From the NCBI GenBank assembly GCA_963668695.2, contig CAXXLQ010000004.1, positions 1,856,001 through 1,920,000 of the forward strand: a stretch of DNA of 64,000 nucleotides. Direction: 5' to 3'. Each line of letters opens with the position of its first letter. Within the stretch, counting starts at the first letter, position 1. Positions 37,085 to 46,052 of the stretch are shown here, one piece after another. The DNA is from Vicinamibacteria bacterium (GTDB lineage: Bacteria; Acidobacteriota; Vicinamibacteria; Marinacidobacterales; Marinacidobacteraceae). The notes under the pieces were generated by a model. That model saw nothing but the letters and a program-made list of their open reading frames with translations. It had not been told where the DNA came from and made no database searches. Position numbers and translations under genes: made by a program.

Positions 37085-40015
37085 ATGGCCAGCAAGACCG
37101 CATTCAGCAGATTTGAGCGATTCCGGAGGTGTTCGGTCGCCCGGGTCTGTTCGGGGGCGGCGGTCCTGGTGGCCGCCCTCCTCTTCCTCGCGACGCCGGC
37201 CCTCGCCCAGTACGGGCAGATTGAGGGCCAGGTCATTGATGCGACGGGCGCCGTCCTTCCGGGCGCCACCGTCACCGCCGTGAACGAGGGCACCGGGGTT
37301 CCCCGGAGTTCGGTCTCCGACGCGGGCGGCGACTACCGCCTGCCGGGGCTGCAGCCGGGGACCTATACGGTCACCGCCGCACTCACCGGCTTCCAGACGG
37401 TACAGACGACCGGAGTCATCCTGACGATCCAGCAGACGATCGTCATGGACCAGTCACTGTCGCTCGCGCAGGTCGAGGAGACCGTCACGGTCACCGGGAC
37501 GGCGCCGCTGCTCGACACGCGGCGTTCGGACATCTCGACATCGGTTTCCGATCTGCAGATCCAGGATCTCCCGGTGGCCTCCCGCCGCTGGGTGGACCTC
37601 GCGCTGCTCACTCCGGGGACGAGCCAGGACGCGATCCGCGGCTTCTACTACCGCGGCAACGTGAACATGGGCGCCGGGGGCCGCTACTACGCGAACGCCT
37701 TCATCGTGGACGGGGTGAACAACACCTGGGCCGAGATGGGCGAGGCGCGCCAGAACTTCCCGATGGACGCCATCGGCGAGTTCCAGGTCACCACCAGCAA
37801 CTTCAAGGCGGAGTACGGGCTCGCCACCGGCGGCCTCATGACCGTGGTGACGAAGTCGGGCACCAACAACTTCGCGGGAAGCGCCTTCTGGTTCTTCCGC
37901 GACAAATCGTTGACCGAACTGACCTACCAGCAGAAGGAATTCGCGGAGAATGACCCGAGCTTCGAGAAGCCCGCGTACCGCCGGCACCAGTTCGGCGGCT
38001 CCTTCGGCGGCCCCATCGTGGAAGACCGCACCCACTTCTTCTTCGCCTACGAGCGAACGATTGAGGAACTCTTCTACGACATCAACACCAACGGAGTACA
38101 CCCGCAGTTTGAGGGAAGCTTCCCGAAGGACGAGTGGCGCTACATGTGGCTGGGCCGGTTGAACCACCAGCTCAGCGAAGACCACTCCGTCTGGCTGCGG
38201 ATCGCCTGGGAGAACGAGTACCGGCCGAACCTCACCGCCGGCGGCAGCCGGATCGACGGCTTCGACTTCGCGGTGCCGCGGAACGCCGAGGTGTTAGGGA
38301 TCACGTCGGTGACCGGCGCCAACTCCCTGAACGAGTTCCGCTTCCAGCGGGCCTTCTCCAAGTACGAAGTGAGCGAGGCATTCAGCCACGGCTCTTGGGA
38401 TCCCGGCGACTTCAACGCCGAGCGACTCGCGCTCTGTGAACAGGACATCCGCCGGCCCACCCTCCGGATGGGCTCCTGCAACGACCAGATGGGACCGGAG
38501 ACCCGCTGGCAGTTCAAGGACGACTTCACCTGGTTCACCCAGGGGATGGGCGGCGATCACCAGGTCAAGTTCGGGGTGGACTACAACTGGATCGATTTCG
38601 CGGCGGACAGCGTCGGCGGATATTCCGGCCGGTTCAACTTCGACACCGACGAGCCCTTCGATCCCAACAACCCGGACACCCACCCGATCCAGTACACCCA
38701 GAGGCAACCGGTGTTTGACCGCGTTCCGGTGCACCACTTCTCGATCTACACCCAGGACGACTGGACCAGCGAGCGCCTTACCCTGAACCTGGGGCTCCGC
38801 TATGACCTCCAGGTGGGCCCCATGAACGAGGACATCGGGGACATCCAGTTCCCGCTGCCGATCCCCTGGCACGAGGGTGCTGACGCCCGGGGCGACAAGA
38901 ACAACTTTGGTCCGCGGATCGGCTTCGTGTACGACCTCTCCAGGGACAACACCGGCCGAACCACCGTCAAAGGCGGCTACGGCAAGTTCTTCGAGAACAT
39001 CCGGACACTCACGAACTTCGGGGAGCGCTGGTGGCACCAGGGGCAGTCGATCGTCATCAACAACCCCGACTTCCTGGATCCGCTCGGCGGGCGTTCCCGC
39101 GAGGAATACCTCTCCTCGGCGCCGCCGAACATCACGGTCCTCGACAACGACTACGAGCAGCCCTACGCCCACCACTTCAACCTGGGCGTCGCGCATCAAT
39201 TCCGGGATGACATGGCGCTCTCGCTCGACTTGACCCGGGTGGCCACGAGAGCCGACGCGCAGCGGAACATCAACCTCAACTACGCGGTGGACGGCGTGCG
39301 CCCCTGGTCCCAGTTCCGGAATGTGAACGCCACGTATTCGCTCCTCGATCACGACTACCAGGCGTTCTACGCCAAGTTCGAGAAGCGCTATGCGGGCGGC
39401 TGGCAGTTCCTGGTCAGCTACACGCTGGCGAAGAGCGACACGACGGAGTTCTGGACCCGGAACGTCGATCCCTCGGGTTGGGACAGCCGTTTCCCTGGAT
39501 ACACGCGGGTGACGCATCCGGGCGGCACCGACCGCCGCCATCGGCTGGTGAGCAGCGCGATCCTGGTGCTGCCCGGCGACATTCGGGTCTCCGCGATCCT
39601 GGACTACCGCTCGCCGCTTCCCGTGCGGGTGACCTCCGGAACGAACCTGAACGGCGATGACTACTCCGGTGACCTGGCTCCGGGATTCAACGCGTCGAAC
39701 ACCTATGGGTGCCGCGGTCTGGATCTGGGTGTCGGGAACGCCTACCGCCAGTCCACGGGCCGGGCTCCGGTGACCGATTTCGCCTGCTCGAACTTCCTGA
39801 ACTTTGACTTCCGTGCTTCGAAGAACTTCTACCTGAGCGGAACCCACGGGATCGAGCTGGTTTTCCAGGTGCTGAACGCCTTCGACCGGGCCAACTTGGG
39901 GAATGCGAACGCCAACCTGCGTTCCGGCGCCTTCGGCAAGAACGACAGCTCCCTGGCGGCGAACATCAACGCCCCCTCCCGCCAGATCGAGTTCGCCCTC
40001 CGCTACTCCTTCTAG
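37085..40015 (+). CDS. Oar-like TonB-dependent receptor with carboxypeptidase-regulatory-like N-terminal domain
   Basis: GQVIDATGAVLPGATVT, EFQVTTSNFKAEYG, TKSGTN, LTLNLGLRYD, NNFGPRIGF and terminal RQIEFALRYSF; RBS AAGGAGG at 37069. Confidence 0.92.
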   Translation: MASKTAFSRFERFRRCSVARVCSGAAVLVAALLFLATPALAQYGQIEGQVIDATGAVLPGATVTAVNEGTGVPRSSVSDAGGDYRLPGLQPGTYTVTAALTGFQTVQTTGVILTIQQTIVMDQSLSLAQVEETVTVTGTAPLLDTRRSDISTSVSDLQIQDLPVASRRWVDLALLTPGTSQDAIRGFYYRGNVNMGAGGRYYANAFIVDGVNNTWAEMGEARQNFPMDAIGEFQVTTSNFKAEYGLATGGLMTVVTKSGTNNFAGSAFWFFRDKSLTELTYQQKEFAENDPSFEKPAYRRHQFGGSFGGPIVEDRTHFFFAYERTIEELFYDINTNGVHPQFEGSFPKDEWRYMWLGRLNHQLSEDHSVWLRIAWENEYRPNLTAGGSRIDGFDFAVPRNAEVLGITSVTGANSLNEFRFQRAFSKYEVSEAFSHGSWDPGDFNAERLALCEQDIRRPTLRMGSCNDQMGPETRWQFKDDFTWFTQGMGGDHQVKFGVDYNWIDFAADSVGGYSGRFNFDTDEPFDPNNPDTHPIQYTQRQPVFDRVPVHHFSIYTQDDWTSERLTLNLGLRYDLQVGPMNEDIGDIQFPLPIPWHEGADARGDKNNFGPRIGFVYDLSRDNTGRTTVKGGYGKFFENIRTLTNFGERWWHQGQSIVINNPDFLDPLGGRSREEYLSSAPPNITVLDNDYEQPYAHHFNLGVAHQFRDDMALSLDLTRVATRADAQRNINLNYAVDGVRPWSQFRNVNATYSLLDHDYQAFYAKFEKRYAGGWQFLVSYTLAKSDTTEFWTRNVDPSGWDSRFPGYTRVTHPGGTDRRHRLVSSAILVLPGDIRVSAILDYRSPLPVRVTSGTNLNGDDYSGDLAPGFNASNTYGCRGLDLGVGNAYRQSTGRAPVTDFACSNFLNFDFRASKNFYLSGTHGIELVFQVLNAFDRANLGNANANLRSGAFGKNDSSLAANINAPSRQIEFALRYSF

Positions 40016-40031
40016 CTACGCAACTTCCCTT

Positions 40032-40059
40032 CCGGGCAGGGACTCCGGTCCCTGCCCGG
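40032..40059 (+). terminator. 12-bp perfect stem-loop downstream of the TonB receptor (terminator or mRNA-stabilising hairpin)
   Basis: CCGGGCAGGGAC-TCCG-GTCCCTGCCCGG; no U-tract follows. Confidence 0.5.
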
Positions 40060-40111
40060 TCAGGGAATACGCAATGCGCAGGACTAACCTGCGTCAAGCG
40101 CGCGCGACAGC

Positions 40112-40239
40112 GGAGCGCCGGCCAGTTCTCCCGGTGGGGGCCTCCGACCGGCATCGCGGCCCACCGGGCCGCGAAACCGCGTACTGCTGCTCAGCCAGAC
40201 GGTGTCGCCCGCAAGGGAACGCCGACCTCCGGTCGGCAC
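40112..40239 (+). repeat. Two REP-like units, the first with an 18-bp insert
   Basis: GGAGCGCCGGCC[AGTTCTCCCGGTGGGGGC]CTCCGACCGGCATCGCGGCCCACCGGGCCGCGAAACCGCG, then GGGAACGCCGACCTCCGGTCGGCAC at 40215. Confidence 0.7.
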
Positions 40240-40310
40240 AGCCCGCCGGCAGGCGGGCGGAACTGCGTACGGCCGATCCGCGTGAACCGCGCCTCCACCG
40301 GACCCATCCC

Positions 40311-40677
40311 CTACTCCGTCCGGAACCCCGCCGCCTTGTGACTCCCGTCGCAGAACGGCGTCGTTCTCCGAGTCGCCGCAGCGGCAAGACGCTACCCGTG
40401 TATCGCAAAGGGCGATCTCCTTTCCCTCGGCGACTTCGATCTCCCCCGCCACGTAAAGCGGCCCGTTCGCCTGGACGATCGCCGTGTTGATCGGCGGTGT
40501 CTTCTCCACCGCGCCGTCCTTTCGCTCGAAATGGAGCGACCCGGTGGGACATGCCACGACGGTCTTGGCCAGCTCGTCGACTCCTCCGGCCCGATCGGGC
40601 AGGATCCACGGCCGCCGCTCCGGGTCGCAGACCGCCGGAAGGCGCTTCACGCACTCGGCCGCGTGGATGCAGCGTGG
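40311..40677 (-). pseudogene. Truncated, frameshifted (4Fe-4S)-binding/CDGSH iron-sulfur protein
   Basis: RCIHAAECVK..P...CPTGSL...NGPLYV...CRCGDSEN, then a +1 shift to PFCDGSHKAAGF; no intact start. Confidence 0.8.
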
Positions 40678-40734
40678 GATGGTTCGATCCGATGGGAGGC
40701 GAGCCCCACTGACTTCCGCCCAGTGTCTGGGACC

Positions 40735-41484
40735 TCAGGAAGTCGACGCTCGGACTACCACCACCGTCGCGTTGTCCTGGTACGGATGCCCCAGCTCTTC
40801 GATCCGGCCGATGATGGCTCCAGCGATCCTCCCGGCGTGCCCGTCGCAGACGGACGCAATCCCGTCCTCGCCCAGCGTCTCGACCCCGTCGGTCGCCAGG
40901 ATGACGAGATCGTCCGGTTGCAGCGGCAGGCTGCCTTCCGCCACTTCGTCGAGCGGGCCGCCCATGATTGCGCTGGTGATGATCGCCCGTCCCGGATCCT
41001 CGGCCGCCTCGTCGTGCGTGATCTCCCCGCGTCGCGCCATCTCGTCCAGCTCGGCCCCGAAGGTGTGGAGCGGGTTGATGCGTCGGATCCGGCCGCTCCG
41101 GTAGTGGAAAAGAAAGGAGTCGCCGACGCTCACCCAGTCGCAGCCACCGGAGTGGAAGAGGACCGCCACCAGCGTCGTGCCCATGTTGAAGAGTTCGGGA
41201 TGGGCCAAGACTGCCGCGCGAACCTGACGGTTGGCCGCATCGAGAGCGTGACGAAGTCGCTTCCGGGGCGGCCCGGCGGCGGCGGTGCAGATCTCCACGA
41301 AGGCGCCGCAGGCAATCCGGCTCGCTTCGTCGCCGGCGGGATGTCCTCCCATCCCATCGGCGACCACCGCAAGGAGCCGCGCGCCGGGTTCGTCGGGCGG
41401 GAGAACCTGGGTCGCCCACGCGTCCTCCTGACGTAGTCGCGCACCGATGGTCGCCGCGCCGCCGAATTGGAGGTCCGCAGGCAA
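40735..41484 (-). CDS. PP2C/PrpC-type Ser/Thr protein phosphatase
   Basis: RQEDA, VADGMGGH, MGTTL, SVGDS, LATDG and QDNATV motifs. Confidence 0.92.
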   Translation of the reverse strand: MPADLQFGGAATIGARLRQEDAWATQVLPPDEPGARLLAVVADGMGGHPAGDEASRIACGAFVEICTAAAGPPRKRLRHALDAANRQVRAAVLAHPELFNMGTTLVAVLFHSGGCDWVSVGDSFLFHYRSGRIRRINPLHTFGAELDEMARRGEITHDEAAEDPGRAIITSAIMGGPLDEVAEGSLPLQPDDLVILATDGVETLGEDGIASVCDGHAGRIAGAIIGRIEELGHPYQDNATVVVVRASTS

Positions 41485-41494
41485 CGGGGTCGGC

Positions 41495-41893
41495 CTAGAG
41501 CAACCGAGCGCCCGGAAGCGAGGCCATCCGGCGATCCAGCGTCAACACCTCAAGGCCGCCGCTCGCGTAGTCGTGGACGATCAGACGATCCATCAGACCG
41601 GGCGGGGTCGAAGCTTCGATCGAAGTCAGCACCTGCCGCCCGTTCAAGGGCGCGATCAGTCCGCTTTGCAGCACACTGAGCAGACCCGCGCGAGCGTCGG
41701 CCCGCGACACGCCGTAGTGGCGCTGCACAGCGGTGTACGCCTCGCCGATAACTTGATTTGAGGCCAGGATCAGCGCGTCCTCTGCCTTGATCAGGTGACC
41801 GAGAGCCTCCGCGCATCGGTCGAACTCTGCTGGCGGGTCGCCGGTCAGCAGCCGCAGGAGGACGGAAGTGTCAATCCCGAAGCGACGGATCAT
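41495..41893 (-). CDS. vapC: PIN-domain toxin (VapC)
   Basis: IDTSVLLR, VIGEA, MDRLI and TLDRR acidic PIN motifs. Confidence 0.85.
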   Translation of the reverse strand: MIRRFGIDTSVLLRLLTGDPPAEFDRCAEALGHLIKAEDALILASNQVIGEAYTAVQRHYGVSRADARAGLLSVLQSGLIAPLNGRQVLTSIEASTPPGLMDRLIVHDYASGGLEVLTLDRRMASLPGARLL

Positions 41894-42113
41894 GGGTTTG
41901 TTCGCGAAAGGCGTCGATGTCGAAACTCCCCTGGCCGCGCCGAAGCTTGTGACGCAGTGGCGCCAGACGGTCGGGATCTATGCGCCGCGGGCAAAGGAGA
42001 AACCCTTCCGGAGTCTCTTCAAGCAGGAGTCGGTCTCCCGGCTTCGCGCCCAATGCGTCGAGCACGCGCGCCGGGAAGGTCACCTGACGCTTTGATGTGA
42101 CTTTCACCAGCAT
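41871..42113 (-). CDS. vapB: AbrB/MazE/SpoVT-family antitoxin (VapB)
   Basis: VKVTSKRQVTFPARVLDALGAKPGDRL; overlaps the vapC start. Confidence 0.88.
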   Translation of the reverse strand: MLVKVTSKRQVTFPARVLDALGAKPGDRLLLEETPEGFLLCPRRIDPDRLAPLRHKLRRGQGSFDIDAFREQTHDPSLRD

Positions 42114-42128
42114 TCGAAGTCGTATTCT

Positions 42129-42155
42129 CCTTACTCAAAGTCTATTAAAGTAAGG
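42129..42155 (-). promoter_or_regulatory. AT-rich inverted repeat (CCTTACT-N13-AGTAAGG) over the vapB promoter/RBS; probable autoregulatory operator
   Basis: Seen directly, just upstream of vapB and overlapping AAGGAG; type II TA operons typically autorepress at such palindromes. Confidence 0.6.
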
Positions 42156-42293
42156 TTCATTCCGGATAGGGAGTCACGGGTCCGTTTCGCCCGCCGCTGA
42201 CCGACGATGCTGTGCCCCTACCGCGACAGCGGACGCCGGCGCCAGTTCTCCCGGTGGGGCCCCTGCCTGCGGCGCTATCCGGGTTGGCTGGCG

Positions 42294-44006
42294 TTACCCG
42301 CCCCGCTTGATGACGACTCCCGCGAGCGCCCCGGTGGACTGGCCGTCCTCGATGGCGATCTGCCCGTTGATGAGCACCCAGGGTATCCCCTTCGGCGCGC
42401 CGTCCGGGTTCATGATCGTGGAGTTGTCTTCGACCTTGTCGTAGTCGAACGCCACGATGTCGGCCTTGCAGCCGACCCGCAGGCAGCCGCGGTCCGTCAT
42501 CCCCACGATCGCCGCCGGCAGGCTGGACGAGGAGCGGACCATGAACGGCAGGCTGATGAGCCCCCGGTCCCTGGCGTAGTGGGCGATCTTGCGCGTATAG
42601 CTGCCCCAATAGCGCGGGTGCCGGCCGGGCGTCGCCTCGAGCGCGATGCCGGCATCGGTCGAGGTGGCGGTGAAGTCCTGCACCATGTAGGTCTCCACGT
42701 CGAACCGGTCCCCCGCGATCGGACGGATCAACACTCCGTGGAGTAGTTCCTCGTTGCCGGTGCGCGCGAAGTCGATCAGGGTCTCGGCGACGCTCTGGCC
42801 GCTGTCGCCCGCCACGGTGGCCACCGTCTGGCCGACCAAGGACGGATCCTCCGGGAAGAGCACGATGATCAGCCGGTCGGCGCCGCCGAAGAGGTCGATC
42901 TGCTGTTCGAGGTCGCGCATCAACTCGGCGCGGGTCGTGTCGTCAGCCAGGTTCGCCTCCAGGTTCTCGAGACTCAGGAGCCCGGGAGTCCGCCACATCG
43001 GATCGTCGAGCCCTCCGGAACGGTCGGTGCCCGGCGGTGCGAATCCCCAGATCGGGATCACCCCGACCGGCCCGCCGCCGAAGGTCTCGAAGGGGTACTG
43101 GTCCAGATAGACCTGAACCCCCCGCGCCCGGGCCTGGTTGATCGCGTGCACGTCCTTCGCCGAGTGCCCCCAGCTTGACGGCCCCTTCGCCTTGATGTGG
43201 GTTCCGACCACCCGGATCCCGGTCTCGCGGCCGATCCGGATCGTCTCCGCCATTCCGTCCGTCCCCGTCAGGGTCGGCCCGTCCACGATGCTCGGGACCT
43301 GCCAGCGCGGCATCGGGGACTGGCTGCGCTGGTGCGAGTAGTAGAAGCCGTCGTAGTCGGCGACCACGTGGGCCAGGGCAACGATCTCGCTGGTTTCCGA
43401 GAAGCGGGCCGGGCGGTATTCGGGACCGGCGCCGAGGCCCCAGGCTCCGTCCTCCATCCCCTCGCGCACCAGTTCGGCCATCCGGGCGACCTCATCTTCG
43501 GTGGCGGGCCGCTCATTGTCGTCTCCCATTACCTGGAGACGCACCGTCGAGTGGCCCACTACGGGCACCACGTTGAGTCCGACCCCGCGGCTCTCGTAGG
43601 CGGCGATCTCGTCGCGGATCGGCCAGACCGGGTTCCGCCCGTCCGCTCCCATCACCACGGTGGTGATCCCCTGGGCGACCAGGTTCAGGGCCTTCCGCTC
43701 TTCCATGTTGTCGCCGGCGAGCGACCGGTCGGCGTGCGAGTGGAGATCCACCCAGCCGGGCGCCAGGTACAAGCCGGCCACGTCGATCGTGCGGGCGGCA
43801 TCGTGACCCTCCTTCCCGGCCAGACGTCCGATGGCGACCACCTCGTCACCGCGAATGCCGACATCCGCCCGAACGGCCGGGTTGCCACTCCCGTCGAACA
43901 CCAGACCCCCGGCGAGCAACAGGTCGTAGGCGGGCTGCGCCAGACCCGGGACGGCCAGGAGGCAGGCCGCCGCCGTCAGGAGTGCTATTCCGGTGAATCT
44001 CTTCAT
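42294..44006 (-). CDS. N-acyl-D-amino-acid deacylase family amidohydrolase, exported
   Basis: GGLVFDGSG, PGWVDLHSHAD, QGITTVVMGADG and HPRYWGSY motifs; signal peptide MKRFTG...LAQ. Confidence 0.88.
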   Translation of the reverse strand: MKRFTGIALLTAAACLLAVPGLAQPAYDLLLAGGLVFDGSGNPAVRADVGIRGDEVVAIGRLAGKEGHDAARTIDVAGLYLAPGWVDLHSHADRSLAGDNMEERKALNLVAQGITTVVMGADGRNPVWPIRDEIAAYESRGVGLNVVPVVGHSTVRLQVMGDDNERPATEDEVARMAELVREGMEDGAWGLGAGPEYRPARFSETSEIVALAHVVADYDGFYYSHQRSQSPMPRWQVPSIVDGPTLTGTDGMAETIRIGRETGIRVVGTHIKAKGPSSWGHSAKDVHAINQARARGVQVYLDQYPFETFGGGPVGVIPIWGFAPPGTDRSGGLDDPMWRTPGLLSLENLEANLADDTTRAELMRDLEQQIDLFGGADRLIIVLFPEDPSLVGQTVATVAGDSGQSVAETLIDFARTGNEELLHGVLIRPIAGDRFDVETYMVQDFTATSTDAGIALEATPGRHPRYWGSYTRKIAHYARDRGLISLPFMVRSSSSLPAAIVGMTDRGCLRVGCKADIVAFDYDKVEDNSTIMNPDGAPKGIPWVLINGQIAIEDGQSTGALAGVVIKRGG

Positions 44007-44120
44007 GGCTTCCCTCCACCAGCGTGGTGTGCCCATCCTACCCGGAGGGGGGCCGGCCCCTTCGTTTCGCGACTTCCTCGACGGAGAAACGCGCGCCCGA
44101 CACCGCTTGGGAGGCTGGGA

Positions 44121-45161
44121 TCAAGTTCCATTGATGCGTTCCTCGACGGATCGGAGTTGATCCACGATCCATTCGAACTCAGGGGCGTCTCCGAAGAGCA
44201 TGCTCTCCATTGCCCGATAGTCGCGTCCAATCACCGTCTGCAACTCCCCGTTCGGCACCAGCTTCAGCGACCCGGGGACCGCTTCCTCGAAGCGCTTCCA
44301 TGCCTGACGGAATGCCGCCAGATTGTGATTTCGCACCAATTCCAGGATGTCCAGTCGCGCCAGCGCGGACCTGCCGACATCCGAAACGGTAAGCATCGCC
44401 GCATCGTAGTAGTGGCGTGAAATCCGATTTTTTTCCTTCGGGAGCCTCTCTTCGTCCCGGAAGCCGCAGTAGCGACCGTGAAGAATCAGAAGCTTCTCCC
44501 AGTACGTGCGCTCCGCGGAGATCACACGGATCTCACCCAATTCGGGGGCCATATCGCCGAGTTCGAGCGCGATGTAGGGAGCGACCGTGCGGAGGACACT
44601 CGGCTCTGTCGCTGAACGGGCTCCCCCCTCGATTTTCACTGTGGGAGACACGTAGGACTGCCCGGTTGGATACAGCGTTGGGTACGCGATCAGGAGCGTT
44701 TGCGAATCGGGGTCGTCTGGGTCCATGGAGACGGTGCAGCCCTCGGCCACTCCCGCAATGAGGTGGGCCAGTGCTGTCCGGAGCTCGCCCCCCATGTACG
44801 AGCTGCAACGGCTCCGCAGCTCCTTGAGAAGCGACTCCCGCTTTTTCTTCGTCATGCCCTCAGGCGGGAACGGATCCCGATCCCCGGTGAAATCCAGGTC
44901 ACGACGGTCGACTACCAGATCGATGTCCTCGGACAGCCGGTCGATCAGACCGAAGGCCTTGGACAGAGACGTTCCACCCTTCAAGAAGAAACCGGGATGA
45001 CCGTCCGGCAATCCCCCGAACACCAAGTCGAGAACGAGACAGACCCAGAAATCCTTTTCCACGTGGGACGGGAGGGTGTCGAGCCGACTCGCAGCGGCGC
45101 CGAAGACGTCACGGCGGTCCCGCTGCGGGAGTTGGAGGAAACCCCGGAAACTGCCAGTCAC
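44121..45161 (-). CDS. AbiEii/AbiGii-family nucleotidyltransferase toxin
   Basis: VEKDFWV, LKGGTSLSKAFGLIDRLSEDIDL, RTYWEK and SRHYYD motifs. Confidence 0.9.
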   Translation of the reverse strand: MTGSFRGFLQLPQRDRRDVFGAAASRLDTLPSHVEKDFWVCLVLDLVFGGLPDGHPGFFLKGGTSLSKAFGLIDRLSEDIDLVVDRRDLDFTGDRDPFPPEGMTKKKRESLLKELRSRCSSYMGGELRTALAHLIAGVAEGCTVSMDPDDPDSQTLLIAYPTLYPTGQSYVSPTVKIEGGARSATEPSVLRTVAPYIALELGDMAPELGEIRVISAERTYWEKLLILHGRYCGFRDEERLPKEKNRISRHYYDAAMLTVSDVGRSALARLDILELVRNHNLAAFRQAWKRFEEAVPGSLKLVPNGELQTVIGRDYRAMESMLFGDAPEFEWIVDQLRSVEERINGT

Positions 45162-45790
45162 CGGGTCGGCGTCGAGTCCGCCGTGATGTGCCGCGCGATC
45201 GGGACCATCCAGCCCGGCAGATGCTGACGTTCCCGTGCAAGGCTACGCTTGACGGCGTCAGGGAGTCGGCGCATCAACGTAAGGGCCACGCGTGGGTCGC
45301 TTGCGGCATCCGGCCCGAGCCACTGCAGGGCCAGTACCACCGGTGCAGCGGGCTTCCCTGACCAACGCATCTTGCGCGGAGACGCGTGACGTAGCCGGAC
45401 TGTATGACCGCCGATTCTCAGGGTCCTTGACGTCCCGTCCGTCAGGTAGTGCGGTCTGGCAGGAACGGCGTTGGTCAGACCGAGTTGATTCGCTGCAACA
45501 CTTCCGTCGGGGACGACCTTCACACCGTCACGCCGGGCCAGTGCGGCGATCGCGACATCGAGATCAGCGGGTGCCGGTCGGTTCAGAATCCAGCTCCACC
45601 GGGGGAAATCGTAGAGCCCGTGCCCGACCCGCCGGAGCTGGCCCGCCTTGACGAGACGGCTCAGAGCCTGATTCACGGCGTCGGGGCTCCCTAGATCGAC
45701 GAAGTCTCCGGGAATGCAGATCCACTGTCCCGCCTTCCGGCTTCGGACTCTTGCCATGATCCTGTCGGCGACGCTTTTCCCCTGGAGCAT
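45158..45790 (-). CDS. DUF6088/AbiEi-like antitoxin (winged HTH)
   Basis: DFVDLGSPDAVNQALSRL...LRRVGHGLY and AANQLGLTNAVPA...TDG motifs; GTGA overlap with the toxin; start ~45790 inferred. Confidence 0.85.
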   Translation of the reverse strand: MLQGKSVADRIMARVRSRKAGQWICIPGDFVDLGSPDAVNQALSRLVKAGQLRRVGHGLYDFPRWSWILNRPAPADLDVAIAALARRDGVKVVPDGSVAANQLGLTNAVPARPHYLTDGTSRTLRIGGHTVRLRHASPRKMRWSGKPAAPVVLALQWLGPDAASDPRVALTLMRRLPDAVKRSLARERQHLPGWMVPIARHITADSTPTR

Positions 45791-45885
45791 GGCGTCAGGA
45801 ATTCTATCAGAAACACTGACTCGCGGTTGTCGGGCGCACTGCGCGGTACTGCGCCCCCGTTTCCTCATTCGCCGCCCTCGGCAGC

Positions 45886-45911
45886 GATCCCGGCCGAAGG
45901 CCGGCAGTCCC
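45886..45911 (-). repeat. REP-like hairpin unit (no insert)
   Basis: Minus strand GGGACTGCCGGCCTTCGGCCGGGATC, similar to the copy at 56802. Confidence 0.55.
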
Positions 45912-46052
45912 CTGGCAACGCCCTCCGGGTGGGTTGCCCCGCTATCCACTGGATCCTCGGGGCGGACGGATGGAGGTCTCTTCCAACTCCCGTCCGTGAC
46001 GACTCGCTACGCTACGCGCCGTCGGTCGGCGCGCTGCTAACGTCCACCGGAC

